A DNA stretch of 53,387 bases from a virus (Duplodnaviria; Caudoviricetes). The position numbers and the translations under genes were made by a program. The stretch spans positions 1 to 53,387 of the IMG/VR virus record IMGVR_UViG_3300044971_002285; one strand, 5' to 3'. The notes under the pieces were generated by a model. The model was not told the origin of the DNA, searched no databases, and worked only from the letters and a program-made list of their open reading frames with translations. Positions 26,820 through 37,325 of the stretch are shown one piece after another; positions within the stretch are counted from its first letter, which is position 1; every line of letters starts with the position of its first letter.

Positions 26820-27196
26820 TGAGCGTAGCGGTAAAAACAAACCCAGCCCTTTGGGAGCGGTCAAAGGCTAAAGCTAAGGCAAGGATGGGCGGAAAGCACT
26901 CTGCTCGCGCAATGCAGCTTGCCGTGTCTATCTATAAGAAGGCAGGAGGGGGATACTCTGGCGCTAAGAAAGCCACAAAGCTTTCTGAATGGTCTAAGCA
27001 GAAGTGGCGCACCAAGAGTGGCAAGCCGTCTTCTAAGACAGGAGAAAGGTATCTTCCTGAGAAGGCTATAAAGTCATTAAGTTCTGCGGAATACGCCGCC
27101 ACTACAAGGGCCAAAAGAGAGGGGACAAAGCAGGGAAAGCAATACGTTGCGCAGCCCAAATCAATTGCCGCGAAGGTAAAAAAGTTTCGCGTATAG
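26819..27196 (+). CDS. Basic conserved phage protein (DUF5872-like)
   Basis: SARAMQLA..YKKAGGGY; QKWRTKSGKPS..GERYLP. Confidence 0.8.
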   Translation: MSVAVKTNPALWERSKAKAKARMGGKHSARAMQLAVSIYKKAGGGYSGAKKATKLSEWSKQKWRTKSGKPSSKTGERYLPEKAIKSLSSAEYAATTRAKREGTKQGKQYVAQPKSIAAKVKKFRV

Positions 27197-27234
27197 AATT
27201 CTGTTTCGCTTAAAATGCAATGAGCTCACATCTA

Positions 27235-27242
27235 TACATTTG
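27235..27242 (+). promoter_or_regulatory. -7 box TACATTTG for the scaffold-capsid operon
   Basis: TAnnTTTG match. Confidence 0.65.
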
Positions 27243-27264
27243 CATAAACCATAATTAAATTTAT

Positions 27265-28368
27265 ATGAACTCAGTTGAATCACAGATGGAGCAGGCACTT
27301 ATGAACGCAGGCGTTGATGTGTCAAACACTCCGCCAGCATCCCTTGCGGGAAGTGCTGAAGAACAATTTACGGGACCACCTTCGTTTCAAACCGAAGAGG
27401 CCCCGCAACCGCAGGAATCGACTCAGCCTGCAGAAGCTTTTGAGCCTCAAGCTCAAGAGCCTTTGGAAAGTGAGTCGAGTTCTTTGACAGAACCCTCTAT
27501 CAGCGAGGGATTCATGGCATACCCCGAGCAATACGACAGCGAAACGCTAGAAGATGGCTATGAGGAAATGTCCGATGATGACGTCGCTGAAATGTATGCC
27601 CAACTTGACCCTCGCATTCAAGTTATCGCAGACTTCGTTGCCAAGACTGGACGCTCTCCAGAAGACTGGTTCCGCTACCAGGCGCTAAACCCATCCGAAA
27701 TGGATGACATTACCGCCGTGCGAATCAATCTCGCTAGTGAGTATTCTAATCTATCCAATGAAGAAGTAAACTTCCTATTGTCTAGTAAATATAAATTAGA
27801 CGATTCAGTTTACGGTGAAGATGAAATTCGCCTCGGTACTTTGCAACTCAAGCTTGACGCTGCAAAAGCTCGTACGCAAATGGAATCCCTCCGTGAGGAG
27901 TTCCAAATGCCTGAGTTTGAAGAACAGCCCCAACCTCAATCATACGAAAGCCCTTTCGATGAAAGTTGGATGCGCGCAATGCACAATTCTCTCGGTGAAC
28001 TTGGACAGATTTCTTTTGACCTGCCCAACGGAAAAGAGTTTAATTTCGGCGTTCCCGATTCCTACCGAAACGAATTGTTTCAGGAGAATGTTGAGATGGA
28101 AAAGTTCTTCGACAAGTATATGGATAGCGAAGGCCAGTGGGACCACGACCTATGGAATATGCACCGCACGGTAACGGATAATCTTCCGAATATCTTGCAG
28201 AACATCTACCAGCAGGGACTCAGCGACGGACAGCGAGCAATCGTTGAACGCGCTGCAAATGTGGACTCATCTAACCCCGTTTCTCCAATACAAAATCAAA
28301 ACAACGCCTTAGCCGAGCAAATCTTAGATGCGCTCGGACGGCAAAAAACCTTAACCTTCAAAATATAG
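27265..28368 (+). CDS. Putative capsid scaffolding protein
   Basis: Very acidic, disordered N-terminus, immediately upstream of capsid gene. Confidence 0.7.
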   Translation: MNSVESQMEQALMNAGVDVSNTPPASLAGSAEEQFTGPPSFQTEEAPQPQESTQPAEAFEPQAQEPLESESSSLTEPSISEGFMAYPEQYDSETLEDGYEEMSDDDVAEMYAQLDPRIQVIADFVAKTGRSPEDWFRYQALNPSEMDDITAVRINLASEYSNLSNEEVNFLLSSKYKLDDSVYGEDEIRLGTLQLKLDAAKARTQMESLREEFQMPEFEEQPQPQSYESPFDESWMRAMHNSLGELGQISFDLPNGKEFNFGVPDSYRNELFQENVEMEKFFDKYMDSEGQWDHDLWNMHRTVTDNLPNILQNIYQQGLSDGQRAIVERAANVDSSNPVSPIQNQNNALAEQILDALGRQKTLTFKI

Positions 28369-28376
28369 CATAAATC

Positions 28377-29771
28377 ATGGCTACATCTAGTGCACCCCCC
28401 GTGTATAATGACAACAAGGCAGCGGTATTCCGCCGCCTTGACCCGACCAAGTACACCTCCTTGGCCGACTACATTGACGAAATCAACGCTCCCGACAACC
28501 GCGACCAGCTGGTCAAGACCTATGGTTACCAGCAAATCAGCGGCGGGCTAACGGGGTTTCTAAACCTTACAGGCGCAGTACGCGGAAACGGTACCGCCGA
28601 TGAGGTCCAGTATTGGGAAGAAACCCGCTTGCACGCTTACGCATCTGTAGCTCCTACGGCTTCTGCCGCAGCCGCAGCTACTACGTTCGTAGGTCAAAAA
28701 GCAACCAGCGACGCTTCTGTCCTTCGTTTGAATGACGTAGTTCTTGTTGGTGGTCAAGACCGCTTCATCGTTACGACTATCAGTCCGACCGGCGAGGTAT
28801 CTAACACCGCTACCGCTAACTACACCTTCCAAGCTCTTTCTAGTTCTGGCCTAACCGCCTCTGTAAGCACCGCATCAATCAACCTTCCGGTTATTGGTAA
28901 CTTGTTTGCTCAAGGTTCTGACCAAAACAACGGATACTTGGAATCTAACATCATCAAGCGTACCAACGCTTATAGCATCATCAAAGAGGTATTCAAGGTT
29001 ACCGGTTCTCAAGCCACCAACATTGGCTGGATTAACGTAGGCAACGGCGACTACCGCTACTATGTCAAAGGAGAGATGGACACCCGTTCTCGCTTCCTCG
29101 ACAAGCGTGAGATGATGTTGTTGCTGGGCCAAGGCATCACTAGCTCTTTGACTACTACGAACATCGGAGGTCTTCCTACGTCTGGAGAGGGTTACTTCTC
29201 TGCCATCGAAAACCGCGGTATTGTACAGTCTGGATTGATTGACTCTTTAGCTGAAATGGACATCTTGATTGCTGAACTTGACAAGCAAGGCGCTGCTCCC
29301 GAGTACGCTATGTATGTTAACACAACCCAAGACCTGGACATTGACGATATGGTTGCTTCATTGAATGGCGCTGCTGGATTCTCAAACTCTACTATTGGTG
29401 TTAACGCATTCGGTGGTAAAGTAGGCGAAGCTGCAATGCTTGGATTCAAATCATTCTCTCGTGGTTCTTACACGTTCCACAAGCACGGCTGGAAGCTGCT
29501 TAACGACCCGACCTTGCTGTCTGGTTCTAACTACCTAGGCGTGATGATTCCGATGACTACTGTTGTTGACCCCAAGACTGGCAATCGTGCCGCTGCTTTG
29601 GAGCTTAACTACAAAGACACCAACGGCTACAGCCGTGAAATGGAGCACTGGATGACCGGTTCTATCCTGGGCGTTGCTAACACGAACGAGGACTCCTTGC
29701 AGTTCAACTACCGTTCTGAGTGCGCTTTGGTTACTCGTGCCGCTAACCAGCACATCCTTATCAAGTCGTAA
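28377..29771 (+). CDS. Major capsid protein
   Basis: 464 aa after the scaffold, high-expression codon bias, strong terminator after it; C-terminal YRSECAL..AAN pattern. Confidence 0.85.
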   Translation: MATSSAPPVYNDNKAAVFRRLDPTKYTSLADYIDEINAPDNRDQLVKTYGYQQISGGLTGFLNLTGAVRGNGTADEVQYWEETRLHAYASVAPTASAAAAATTFVGQKATSDASVLRLNDVVLVGGQDRFIVTTISPTGEVSNTATANYTFQALSSSGLTASVSTASINLPVIGNLFAQGSDQNNGYLESNIIKRTNAYSIIKEVFKVTGSQATNIGWINVGNGDYRYYVKGEMDTRSRFLDKREMMLLLGQGITSSLTTTNIGGLPTSGEGYFSAIENRGIVQSGLIDSLAEMDILIAELDKQGAAPEYAMYVNTTQDLDIDDMVASLNGAAGFSNSTIGVNAFGGKVGEAAMLGFKSFSRGSYTFHKHGWKLLNDPTLLSGSNYLGVMIPMTTVVDPKTGNRAAALELNYKDTNGYSREMEHWMTGSILGVANTNEDSLQFNYRSECALVTRAANQHILIKS

Positions 29772-29783
29772 ACCTGGAAATCT

Positions 29784-29812
29784 GGAGGGGGCTTCGGCCT
29801 CCTCCTTTTTTT
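29784..29812 (+). terminator. Intrinsic terminator after capsid gene
   Basis: GGAGGGGGC-TTCG-GCCTCCTCC followed by T7. Confidence 0.88.
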
Positions 29813-29833
29813 ATTATTTAATTTTATTTAGCA

Positions 29834-30655
29834 ATGAGCACTGAACAACCCCCCCTTCCCGCCAAGCGCGGACCCCGTGTCATAGAGGCACCCACACCAA
29901 CAGCTAAACGAGGCACAACCGTTATCCAACGGGAGCAAGCCCCCAACCTACAGAAAATCTATGAGATTCCTTATGGCGGTGGTATCGTTTGCAAAATCAA
30001 GTCTGAGGCTACGGTCTATGACAAAGAAACTCGCGAGGTACGCGGTATTAGATACTGCCCAAACGAGCCTAGCGTTTACACCGACGAGCAGAGCCACAAC
30101 GCACGACGCGAGCACATCCTCTTTCGTAACGGTATGCTAGTAGCACCTGAGAACAAGCCTAACCTTGCTCAGTTTCTAGACCTACACCCGCAGAACAAAG
30201 CCAACGGCGGAGAGCTGTTTCAATTAGTTGAGCGCTCTCGTAACGTACAGGCACAGGTAGACCGAGAGTTCTTGATGCACGATGCCGTTGCATTGGTGCG
30301 CACCAAGGAGCTTGACGAGCTATTGGCTGTTGCTGTTGCGCTAGGAATCAACATCCAGCAAAAGAACATTGAGATTCGCCGCGAGCTTCTTACGGAAGCT
30401 AAGGCGAACCCTGACGCTTTCATTAAGATGTTTGACGACCCTAGGGTTAAATGCCGTTCTTCGGTTATCCAATCAAATGACTTCCAAATCATTTCCCTCC
30501 GTCCCGATGGAGTGTATTGGTTTGACAGTGGACGTCTTATCCTATCGGTACCCGCTGGGCAGGACCCCACGGACATTATGGTTCGTTTCTGCCTCACCGA
30601 AAAGGGAGCATCTGTTTATGAGGAACTTGTCACCCGTTTGGAGAAGTTGTCGTAA
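29834..30655 (+). CDS. Conserved hypothetical protein downstream of capsid
   Basis: 273-aa ORF; IRYC.NE.S..DEQ, FLDLHP.N motifs. Confidence 0.8.
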   Translation: MSTEQPPLPAKRGPRVIEAPTPTAKRGTTVIQREQAPNLQKIYEIPYGGGIVCKIKSEATVYDKETREVRGIRYCPNEPSVYTDEQSHNARREHILFRNGMLVAPENKPNLAQFLDLHPQNKANGGELFQLVERSRNVQAQVDREFLMHDAVALVRTKELDELLAVAVALGINIQQKNIEIRRELLTEAKANPDAFIKMFDDPRVKCRSSVIQSNDFQIISLRPDGVYWFDSGRLILSVPAGQDPTDIMVRFCLTEKGASVYEELVTRLEKLS

Positions 30656-30664
30656 ATTTGCGTC

Positions 30665-30735
30665 ACACAACACAAGTCGGGCCCATCTGGTTGGTATCTA
30701 GGGTTCGACAAACTGGGGGCTTAGGCCCCCTTTTT
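30665..30735 (+). ncRNA. Candidate ~70-nt small RNA
   Basis: -7 box TAAATTTG 30653-30660, hairpin 30676-30709, terminator 30715-30735, no ATG-initiated ORF. Confidence 0.4.
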
Positions 30736-30741
30736 CTTTTT
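30715..30741 (+). terminator. Intrinsic terminator
   Basis: GGGGGC-TTAG-GCCCCC-TTTTTCTTTTT. Confidence 0.85.
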
Positions 30742-30742
30742 G

Positions 30743-30750
30743 TATATTTG
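30743..30750 (+). promoter_or_regulatory. -7 box TATATTTG for the tail operon
   Basis: TAnnTTTG match. Confidence 0.65.
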
Positions 30751-30767
30751 CCATAAAGCCAAAGACT

Positions 30768-31520
30768 ATGGCAAGTGTAGAAAGAGTATACAGAGCAGTA
30801 AAAGACATCGCAAACAAAGACCAGCGTGGGTTTATCACGCCGGCTATCTTTAACGAGTTTGCATCAATCGCGCAGATGAACGTATTCAATCGTTTGTTTG
30901 ACGAGATGAGCCTTGCTGTGCGTATGCGCCGTGCTGGCACGGATGCGCAGCGGCAGTTCGCCAAGGCTAAGAAAATTCAGGAGGACCTCTCTACGTTCTC
31001 TAAGAAGTCAACATTGAACTTGGCTTCGGGTGTGGTAGACAAGCCTTCGGATTTTGCTAGGGTTATTTCTATAACCACTCCCGGGAAATATGTCCTTGGT
31101 GTGTTTCAGCAATATCAAGTTCAAGTTGTGTACAACACTGAACACATAGATAGAATCCTAAACAGCGATTTATCAAAGCCCACAAGCATTGCTCCCGTTG
31201 CTCTTATAGGCAATCAAATTGAGGTGTTTCCAAACGTAAACACTAGCGTCACTTCAATCGTATTTCGGTACTACAAGCTTCCCCAGGGGATTGTGCCCAC
31301 CACTGGCGTCAAGACAACCTCTGCGCCTTCTTTTGGCTACACCTCAGCGGTTCCCGGTGTCGAGCTGTACTCCGCTGCCAACAGCGTAGACTTCGAGCTT
31401 CCTGAGCAATATTTTACAGAGCTCGTTGTGGAAATTTTAGGGTTGGTTGGAATCAATCTACGTGATAGTGATGTCTACAACTACGGGTCCAGTGAAACCA
31501 CCAAAGACGAAGCACAATAA
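30768..31520 (+). CDS. Tail ring / head-tail adaptor protein
   Basis: ANKDQRGFITP..FN..AQ and DFELP..LV..IL..G pattern; position after capsid. Confidence 0.7.
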   Translation: MASVERVYRAVKDIANKDQRGFITPAIFNEFASIAQMNVFNRLFDEMSLAVRMRRAGTDAQRQFAKAKKIQEDLSTFSKKSTLNLASGVVDKPSDFARVISITTPGKYVLGVFQQYQVQVVYNTEHIDRILNSDLSKPTSIAPVALIGNQIEVFPNVNTSVTSIVFRYYKLPQGIVPTTGVKTTSAPSFGYTSAVPGVELYSAANSVDFELPEQYFTELVVEILGLVGINLRDSDVYNYGSSETTKDEAQ

Positions 31521-32263
31521 TGTCATACTCATACATCCCCCTAGACCAGGTTATCAACGACTACATCATCGCGATGCAGGAGGACGACTACGCTTCCAAC
31601 GTAGCCGACTATCAGATACGCCAGTATGCCCTTCGTGGAATCCGTGAGTTCGGAATGGACATCTCTGCAAACATCAAAAGCGTGCTCCTTGACGTAAACG
31701 AGCAGTACGGATACGTAGAGATTCCTTGCGACCTTTTAGCCCTTACTAAAATAGGGCAGATAGGAAGCGACGGTCTTGTTTATGTCTTCGCCGAGAACAA
31801 GAACATGAACCTTTTGGAGAATTACCCCGCCGATAGCGTTCCAGATTATCTTCTAGGGTTTGACTCTTATGTCTTCAGAAACTTTCTGTTTGAGGGGACC
31901 GCAGGCCGTCTTTACGGAATGGGTGGTGGCCAAGGCGCTGGAGAGTACCGAGTGAACTGGGCAGAGAACCGTATTGAGGTTTCAATGCTGTCTGCCACAA
32001 CACAGGTGTTGATAGAGTACATCTCCGATGAGGCCAAGTGTGAAAACCCTTCGGTCCCCACGGCGGCTGAGGAAGCCCTTCGTGCGTACATCTACTACAA
32101 GACCTTAGAGCGCAAGGCGAGCGTCCCCATGGGAGAGAAGCAGCGTGCTCGCTCGGAATACTACAACCAACTTCGCTTAGCTAACGCTCGCATGAAGTCA
32201 TTTAGTAAGAATGATGCTCTGCAAATCATTCGCCGCAATTTCCGCCTAAGCCCCAAAGCATAA
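31520..32263 (+). CDS. Second tail ring / tubular protein
   Basis: Position; IEYISD..AEEALRAYI motif. Confidence 0.68.
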   Translation: MSYSYIPLDQVINDYIIAMQEDDYASNVADYQIRQYALRGIREFGMDISANIKSVLLDVNEQYGYVEIPCDLLALTKIGQIGSDGLVYVFAENKNMNLLENYPADSVPDYLLGFDSYVFRNFLFEGTAGRLYGMGGGQGAGEYRVNWAENRIEVSMLSATTQVLIEYISDEAKCENPSVPTAAEEALRAYIYYKTLERKASVPMGEKQRARSEYYNQLRLANARMKSFSKNDALQIIRRNFRLSPKA

Positions 32264-32266
32264 GCT

Positions 32267-35200
32267 ATGCCATCTATTGACAAGCTGATACCTCGCTATC
32301 TGAATACCGATGACGACGAGCGACTGATAAAAAATATAGAGATGACCGATGCGCAAAATCTGCGTATATCGGTGGATGTCGAGCGTGATGCCCTTGTGGT
32401 AAAGAACGCCTATGGTAATATTGCCCGCTCGAGTACTCTGCAAAACGGAACAATGCCAGCCGGCACAAACGTGGCTATCGGCTCAGTAGCCGATGACACC
32501 ACGCACCAAATCTATTTTGCGGTATTCAATAGCAATAGCAACCACATTATCGTTAGGTATGACTTTAACGCCAAAAAGGCGTATAAAGTCTATCAGGGCT
32601 CTGTGCTTCAGTTTTCGCAGGACTCCTTCGTGCAGATGTCTATTGTTAGAAATTCCAACACAGACATCCTGCTATACCTAAATGATAGCCTGACGCCACC
32701 GAAGAAGATAAACGCAACTAAATCGGAGCAGAGTTTTAGCGGGAATGGGGGATATCCCGCCGCCTTCACCTCGGGAACCGATGCTGAAAAGCTTTTGTAC
32801 ATCACCGTGGCCAAGCAGCCCCCGCTGACCCCTCCCACGATTGCATTTGCAAATAATCCTAAGTACCCGCAGAATGACCTCTTCGAGAAGAACTTTCAGT
32901 TTGCGTATCAGTATGAGTACATAGACGGAGAACAATCTGCTCTTAGCCCCTACTCGGCCCTGACGGTCACAGAGTTTCAGCTTAAAGACGGTTTTATCAA
33001 TTTTGCCGACAGGCTTACCTTAAACGAAATAATCGTAACTGTTGACAACAACGCGGGAGACGTTAGAAGGATAAAGATATACGCACGGCGTGGCGATAGG
33101 GACGCTGCGTTTTTCCTTATCAATACAATTTTGAACAACCCCCTTGGTGGAACACAGTCTGTAAGTTTCCGTGACGACATCAGCTATGTTCCGTTGTCTG
33201 CCGAGGTGCAGGACAAGCGCTTTGACAACGTACCTCAGGTTGCCGACTCACAGGCAATCTGTAGCAGCCGCTTGTTCTACGGGGGCTATACCGAAGGGTA
33301 CCCCAACCTCGTGATTGATGGTACTACTGTTACTCCCAACTACAACGAGAGACCAGAGGTTGATAACTTGGCCATAGCGCTAGTACCTAACCCTTTATCG
33401 AGCGATAACGACTATGAAAAAAACCAATTTTTCTCCATTGATTTCAGCTCAATACCCGCAACGATAACGGAAGATTCTTCTCTGTTTCTGTCGTTTTCTT
33501 GGGATGACGGGTTTGTAACATTAAAAAACGGATTTCAAGAAAGGGACTTCAGGTTTTTTGAGGGAAATGGAAGCAACGCAATTACTGAAGACCCTGCAGG
33601 AGACCCTCTTGAAGCGGTTTCTGGTATGCGTCAAAGTGGCACTTTTCAAGGCGGATATACGATTGGCCCTAATGTAGATGGACCATTAAAATTTCCTCCC
33701 ACTATTCGCTTCATAAAGCAAAAAAACACCAGTGAAACAGAAGAAAAAAGTGTCCCGATTAACGAAATAAGGAGGGGAGTTAAACTTGTAACGGGAGGTA
33801 TTCAGGTACGTGAAAGAATAGAAATTCCAAAGCTTACTAAGGGTCTGCCAACTACAAGGCAACAGGTCATTGATGCTGTAACTGCTAAAATAACCAAACG
33901 TTATCCCTTAATAGCAAACCCTCAAGCAGGGAATGGTGGCTTTAGTATTTGCACAACGGGAGGCGGCAGCCCGTCAACCGCAGAGTCCGCCGCGTTCAAG
34001 GGGAAAGGGTATTCATATATTCGAGCATTTAGACAGGTGAGTGATGTGGTAACCTATAGGGTTCAAATTGATGTCCTTACCGTTTCCGTTGATAAATTTG
34101 TGTTCGGGACTAAGCAGGCAGACGTAATAGAACCAGAGGCTCCCACTGCTCAGTTTGATTTTATTGAAGGGTCTGCCAATTCATTGGGCCATAGCAATCG
34201 AATGTTTGTTTGTCCCAATGCAGAAAATGGGAGGGGGCAATTTGTGGGTATTAAAACAGTTAACAAATCAGAAAGTAATGGGCGAGTCGCTCGAGTAGAC
34301 CCTTCTATTGTTAGCGGCGGTTGTTTCTTAATAGGAAAGCAGAAGATGGACGGCACTCAGTGCTTTAAGTCTGGAGCTATGCACCAACTTGGCCTTGTTT
34401 ACTTTGATGACCGCGGCCGCGCAGGTGGCGTTCAAAAGCTTGACCCGGCAGAAATTCTTCACACTAACGACAGAACCGGGCAAAACTCTTTAGATGGATA
34501 TGCAAACGTGGTGATGCGCATAAAGCACACACCACCAGTGTGGGCTAAGCGCTACTCTCCCGTGTACTCTGGAAAGGGCTCCATCATCAATAAGGTTCAG
34601 TATGGCGTAGGAGGCGCATACCTTGCGTTTAACGACCAATCTAACCAGGGCTCGTTTGGAGCCAACCAAAGCATATATCTATCGTTAAACAACCTTCAGG
34701 GCAAGGAGAACTCCTATACCAATCAGTTTGGGGCCATGATTGAATATGGCTTTGCAATAGGAGACAAAGTTCGCATTGTTCAGTATAACAACACCGACGA
34801 AGAAGAGCTTAACCCCATTAATAACTATGTGTTTAAGGTTGTGAAGACCGTAAACCTCATAGACGACCAGCTCATCAATCCACTGCTGGACCGGAGCTCT
34901 AGTGCTGCTGTTCAGAATACTACTGGCACCTTTCTAGTAATCGAAGACAACGACGAAGCCACTGGGTTTAACAGCAAGAGCATACTCGATAACAACACCA
35001 ACTGGGATAAGCAGTGTGTCATTGAGATATTCCGCGAAAACAAGGCCTTCGACACGCTGATGTACTACGAGATAGGAACTAGTCTCCCCATTACTGCAGG
35101 AGTTCACGGAACAGAGCGCGAGCAGACAAGCGTATCTGTAAAGATTACAGCGACAGCAAGCGTCGTCACGGCTTTCTCTGTTCAGCAGGTATACAAGGGC

Positions 35201-37306
35201 GATATCATACAGCAGGCATCTACGGGAATTCAGATTCTTGTTGGAAACGTCACGCCAAGCACCGAAGAATCTGGATTTTACTTTAAGTTCTTTGGCACCA
35301 CAACTGGCAGCCCTGCTATTTCGACAACGACGTTCACCGTCACCAATCCGGATTCTGTTCTACTTCTAGATAATGGCGACTCGTATTTTAGGTTGCGCAA
35401 CATCCTTACAGGAGTTGGCGCATCCAATCAGAATATGTTTAGCAACACAAGGATTGCGTTTGCTCAGAACAACATTGTTGAGTTTATCGAGGACTACCGC
35501 GTTAGCGACTTCTACTCATCTGATTTTCAGTCTCTTGGTCGCTCGTTCCCATTCCTTCCCGATGCAAGGACTTACAAGCGAGTTGGCTCATTAACCTATT
35601 CCGACCCCTTTAACAACGAGAACACCACGCTAGGGCTCTCTTCGTTTAACACAACAAAGCTCAACTACAAGGACCTGTCCTATGACTACGGCTCAATCAG
35701 AAGCCTTGTCCCATACAACGAGTCAATGTACGTGCTTCACGAGCGACGCGCGGGGGTTATTCCTGTTGGAAGGAATGTAATATCATCAGACACCGGAGAG
35801 GCTCTTGTGGCCTCAAATTTGATTCTCGGGCCGGTAAGGTATTATGCTGCAGAACACGGTGTAAACAACAACCCGGAATCTGTTGCCTCTTATAGAGGTT
35901 ATGTCTTTTTTGTTGATTGTATTGCGGCCAAGGTTTGCCGTATTGGCTTTGAATCAGGCCTTGAGATTATCAGCGAACAGCTAGTAGACTCGTTCTTTGA
36001 AAGCATCTTTCATTCTACCCTTACCACCGCGACAAACCGCAGATACATCGGGGGAATAGACCTCGAGAACACCGAGTATATTATAAGCGCAAGCCCTCTG
36101 TTTACCTCTACCATCACCATTAACGACACCCTTACGGGAAATCAGTCTGCTGGATTTGGAAATACCAACAGCGCCTCTACGCTGATAAACCCTATTCCTG
36201 TATACGATGACAGCCTCACGTTAAATTTTGACAGTGACCCAAGGACTTTTAACGTAAGCCAAGATGAATTCAACACTTCGGGTTCTGCACTTTTAATAAC
36301 AGACCAGCAGACAAACCTGCCTATCGTAGCCATCGCTGAAAGTCTTTCGCCGGCATATCAGAATGGGGCGCTAACGTCAGCAGTACCAGTTACTGTAACT
36401 AGTTCCTCATTTAATTCTTTTATCCCCGCGACCTTCAGCCAGAACACTACCAACTTGACGTTGACAAATACGGCGCAGTCTACGGGAACTATTACCAACA
36501 CAATAGAGACCCTACCTTCATTTGCTATTGCTTATGACATCAGGGCTAACTACTGGAGCACTAGGTACTCTTACGTCCCAGAGCAGATAGTGTCCCTCTC
36601 TGATGCTCTTTTTACAATTAAGGCCGGAATCATTTATGAGCACACCGGTGCTGTAGCCCGCAATACTTTTTATGGAACTGCCGCCCCGAGTATTGTAGAG
36701 GTTGTTGCCAACTTCAACCCTTCAATGGTAAAGGTGTACGAGGCTATCAGCCTCGAGGGGAACAGCGGAGCGTGGTCTTGTACCATGAAAAACGCATCGC
36801 AAACCTCGTCTCTTGCTAGCACCATCTGGCAGGAGAAGGAAGGATTCTACTACGCCCCGATACATCAGGACTCAACGCAATCGCCCGCCACCACCTCGAC
36901 AGCTAACATAACCTCGGTAGATGGGACATCTCAGTTCTTTGCCTTAGGAGTGGTTGACTCCGCCTCGGGCTCTGTGATTAACTTCAAGAACGCTATTAAC
37001 AATATGTCGTTTCCTGTTGGGTCTACTACCGCTCTATACAAGATATCGGGGGCAACACTTGTTCCCCTGGGATACCGTGCTGACAGCAGGAGCGGAGAGA
37101 AACAAATAACCTGCAACGCTACGGCCACAAGTGTCGTCCAAAACGACACCGTGGTCCTTGTCGCCGCATCTTCCATTGAAGGCGATGCTCTTCGTGACTA
37201 CTATTTGCAGGTAACGCTTACCAATAACCTTACCACTGCCCATGAGTTGTACGCGATAAACTTGATATACACCAAGTCTAATCTACACAACCAACAGGGT
37301 CAGTAA
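32267..37306 (+). CDS. Tail nozzle/muzzle (stabilisation) protein, 1679 aa
   Basis: LNTDDDERLI..DAQNLR, FAYQYEY.DGE.SALSP, RLFYGGY.EG, HGVNNNPES motifs; beta-rich. Confidence 0.75.
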   Translation: MPSIDKLIPRYLNTDDDERLIKNIEMTDAQNLRISVDVERDALVVKNAYGNIARSSTLQNGTMPAGTNVAIGSVADDTTHQIYFAVFNSNSNHIIVRYDFNAKKAYKVYQGSVLQFSQDSFVQMSIVRNSNTDILLYLNDSLTPPKKINATKSEQSFSGNGGYPAAFTSGTDAEKLLYITVAKQPPLTPPTIAFANNPKYPQNDLFEKNFQFAYQYEYIDGEQSALSPYSALTVTEFQLKDGFINFADRLTLNEIIVTVDNNAGDVRRIKIYARRGDRDAAFFLINTILNNPLGGTQSVSFRDDISYVPLSAEVQDKRFDNVPQVADSQAICSSRLFYGGYTEGYPNLVIDGTTVTPNYNERPEVDNLAIALVPNPLSSDNDYEKNQFFSIDFSSIPATITEDSSLFLSFSWDDGFVTLKNGFQERDFRFFEGNGSNAITEDPAGDPLEAVSGMRQSGTFQGGYTIGPNVDGPLKFPPTIRFIKQKNTSETEEKSVPINEIRRGVKLVTGGIQVRERIEIPKLTKGLPTTRQQVIDAVTAKITKRYPLIANPQAGNGGFSICTTGGGSPSTAESAAFKGKGYSYIRAFRQVSDVVTYRVQIDVLTVSVDKFVFGTKQADVIEPEAPTAQFDFIEGSANSLGHSNRMFVCPNAENGRGQFVGIKTVNKSESNGRVARVDPSIVSGGCFLIGKQKMDGTQCFKSGAMHQLGLVYFDDRGRAGGVQKLDPAEILHTNDRTGQNSLDGYANVVMRIKHTPPVWAKRYSPVYSGKGSIINKVQYGVGGAYLAFNDQSNQGSFGANQSIYLSLNNLQGKENSYTNQFGAMIEYGFAIGDKVRIVQYNNTDEEELNPINNYVFKVVKTVNLIDDQLINPLLDRSSSAAVQNTTGTFLVIEDNDEATGFNSKSILDNNTNWDKQCVIEIFRENKAFDTLMYYEIGTSLPITAGVHGTEREQTSVSVKITATASVVTAFSVQQVYKGDIIQQASTGIQILVGNVTPSTEESGFYFKFFGTTTGSPAISTTTFTVTNPDSVLLLDNGDSYFRLRNILTGVGASNQNMFSNTRIAFAQNNIVEFIEDYRVSDFYSSDFQSLGRSFPFLPDARTYKRVGSLTYSDPFNNENTTLGLSSFNTTKLNYKDLSYDYGSIRSLVPYNESMYVLHERRAGVIPVGRNVISSDTGEALVASNLILGPVRYYAAEHGVNNNPESVASYRGYVFFVDCIAAKVCRIGFESGLEIISEQLVDSFFESIFHSTLTTATNRRYIGGIDLENTEYIISASPLFTSTITINDTLTGNQSAGFGNTNSASTLINPIPVYDDSLTLNFDSDPRTFNVSQDEFNTSGSALLITDQQTNLPIVAIAESLSPAYQNGALTSAVPVTVTSSSFNSFIPATFSQNTTNLTLTNTAQSTGTITNTIETLPSFAIAYDIRANYWSTRYSYVPEQIVSLSDALFTIKAGIIYEHTGAVARNTFYGTAAPSIVEVVANFNPSMVKVYEAISLEGNSGAWSCTMKNASQTSSLASTIWQEKEGFYYAPIHQDSTQSPATTSTANITSVDGTSQFFALGVVDSASGSVINFKNAINNMSFPVGSTTALYKISGATLVPLGYRADSRSGEKQITCNATATSVVQNDTVVLVAASSIEGDALRDYYLQVTLTNNLTTAHELYAINLIYTKSNLHNQQGQ

Positions 37307-37313
37307 AAAGCCC

Positions 37314-37321
37314 TATTTTTG
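37314..37321 (+). promoter_or_regulatory. -7 box TATTTTTG, 4 nt before ATG
   Basis: TAnnTTTG match. Confidence 0.6.
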
Positions 37322-37325
37322 TATT

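Noticed and set aside
30676-30712. GGTTCGA resembling a tRNA T-loop
   Set aside because: No cloverleaf, anticodon arm or acceptor stem; kept only as an sRNA hairpin
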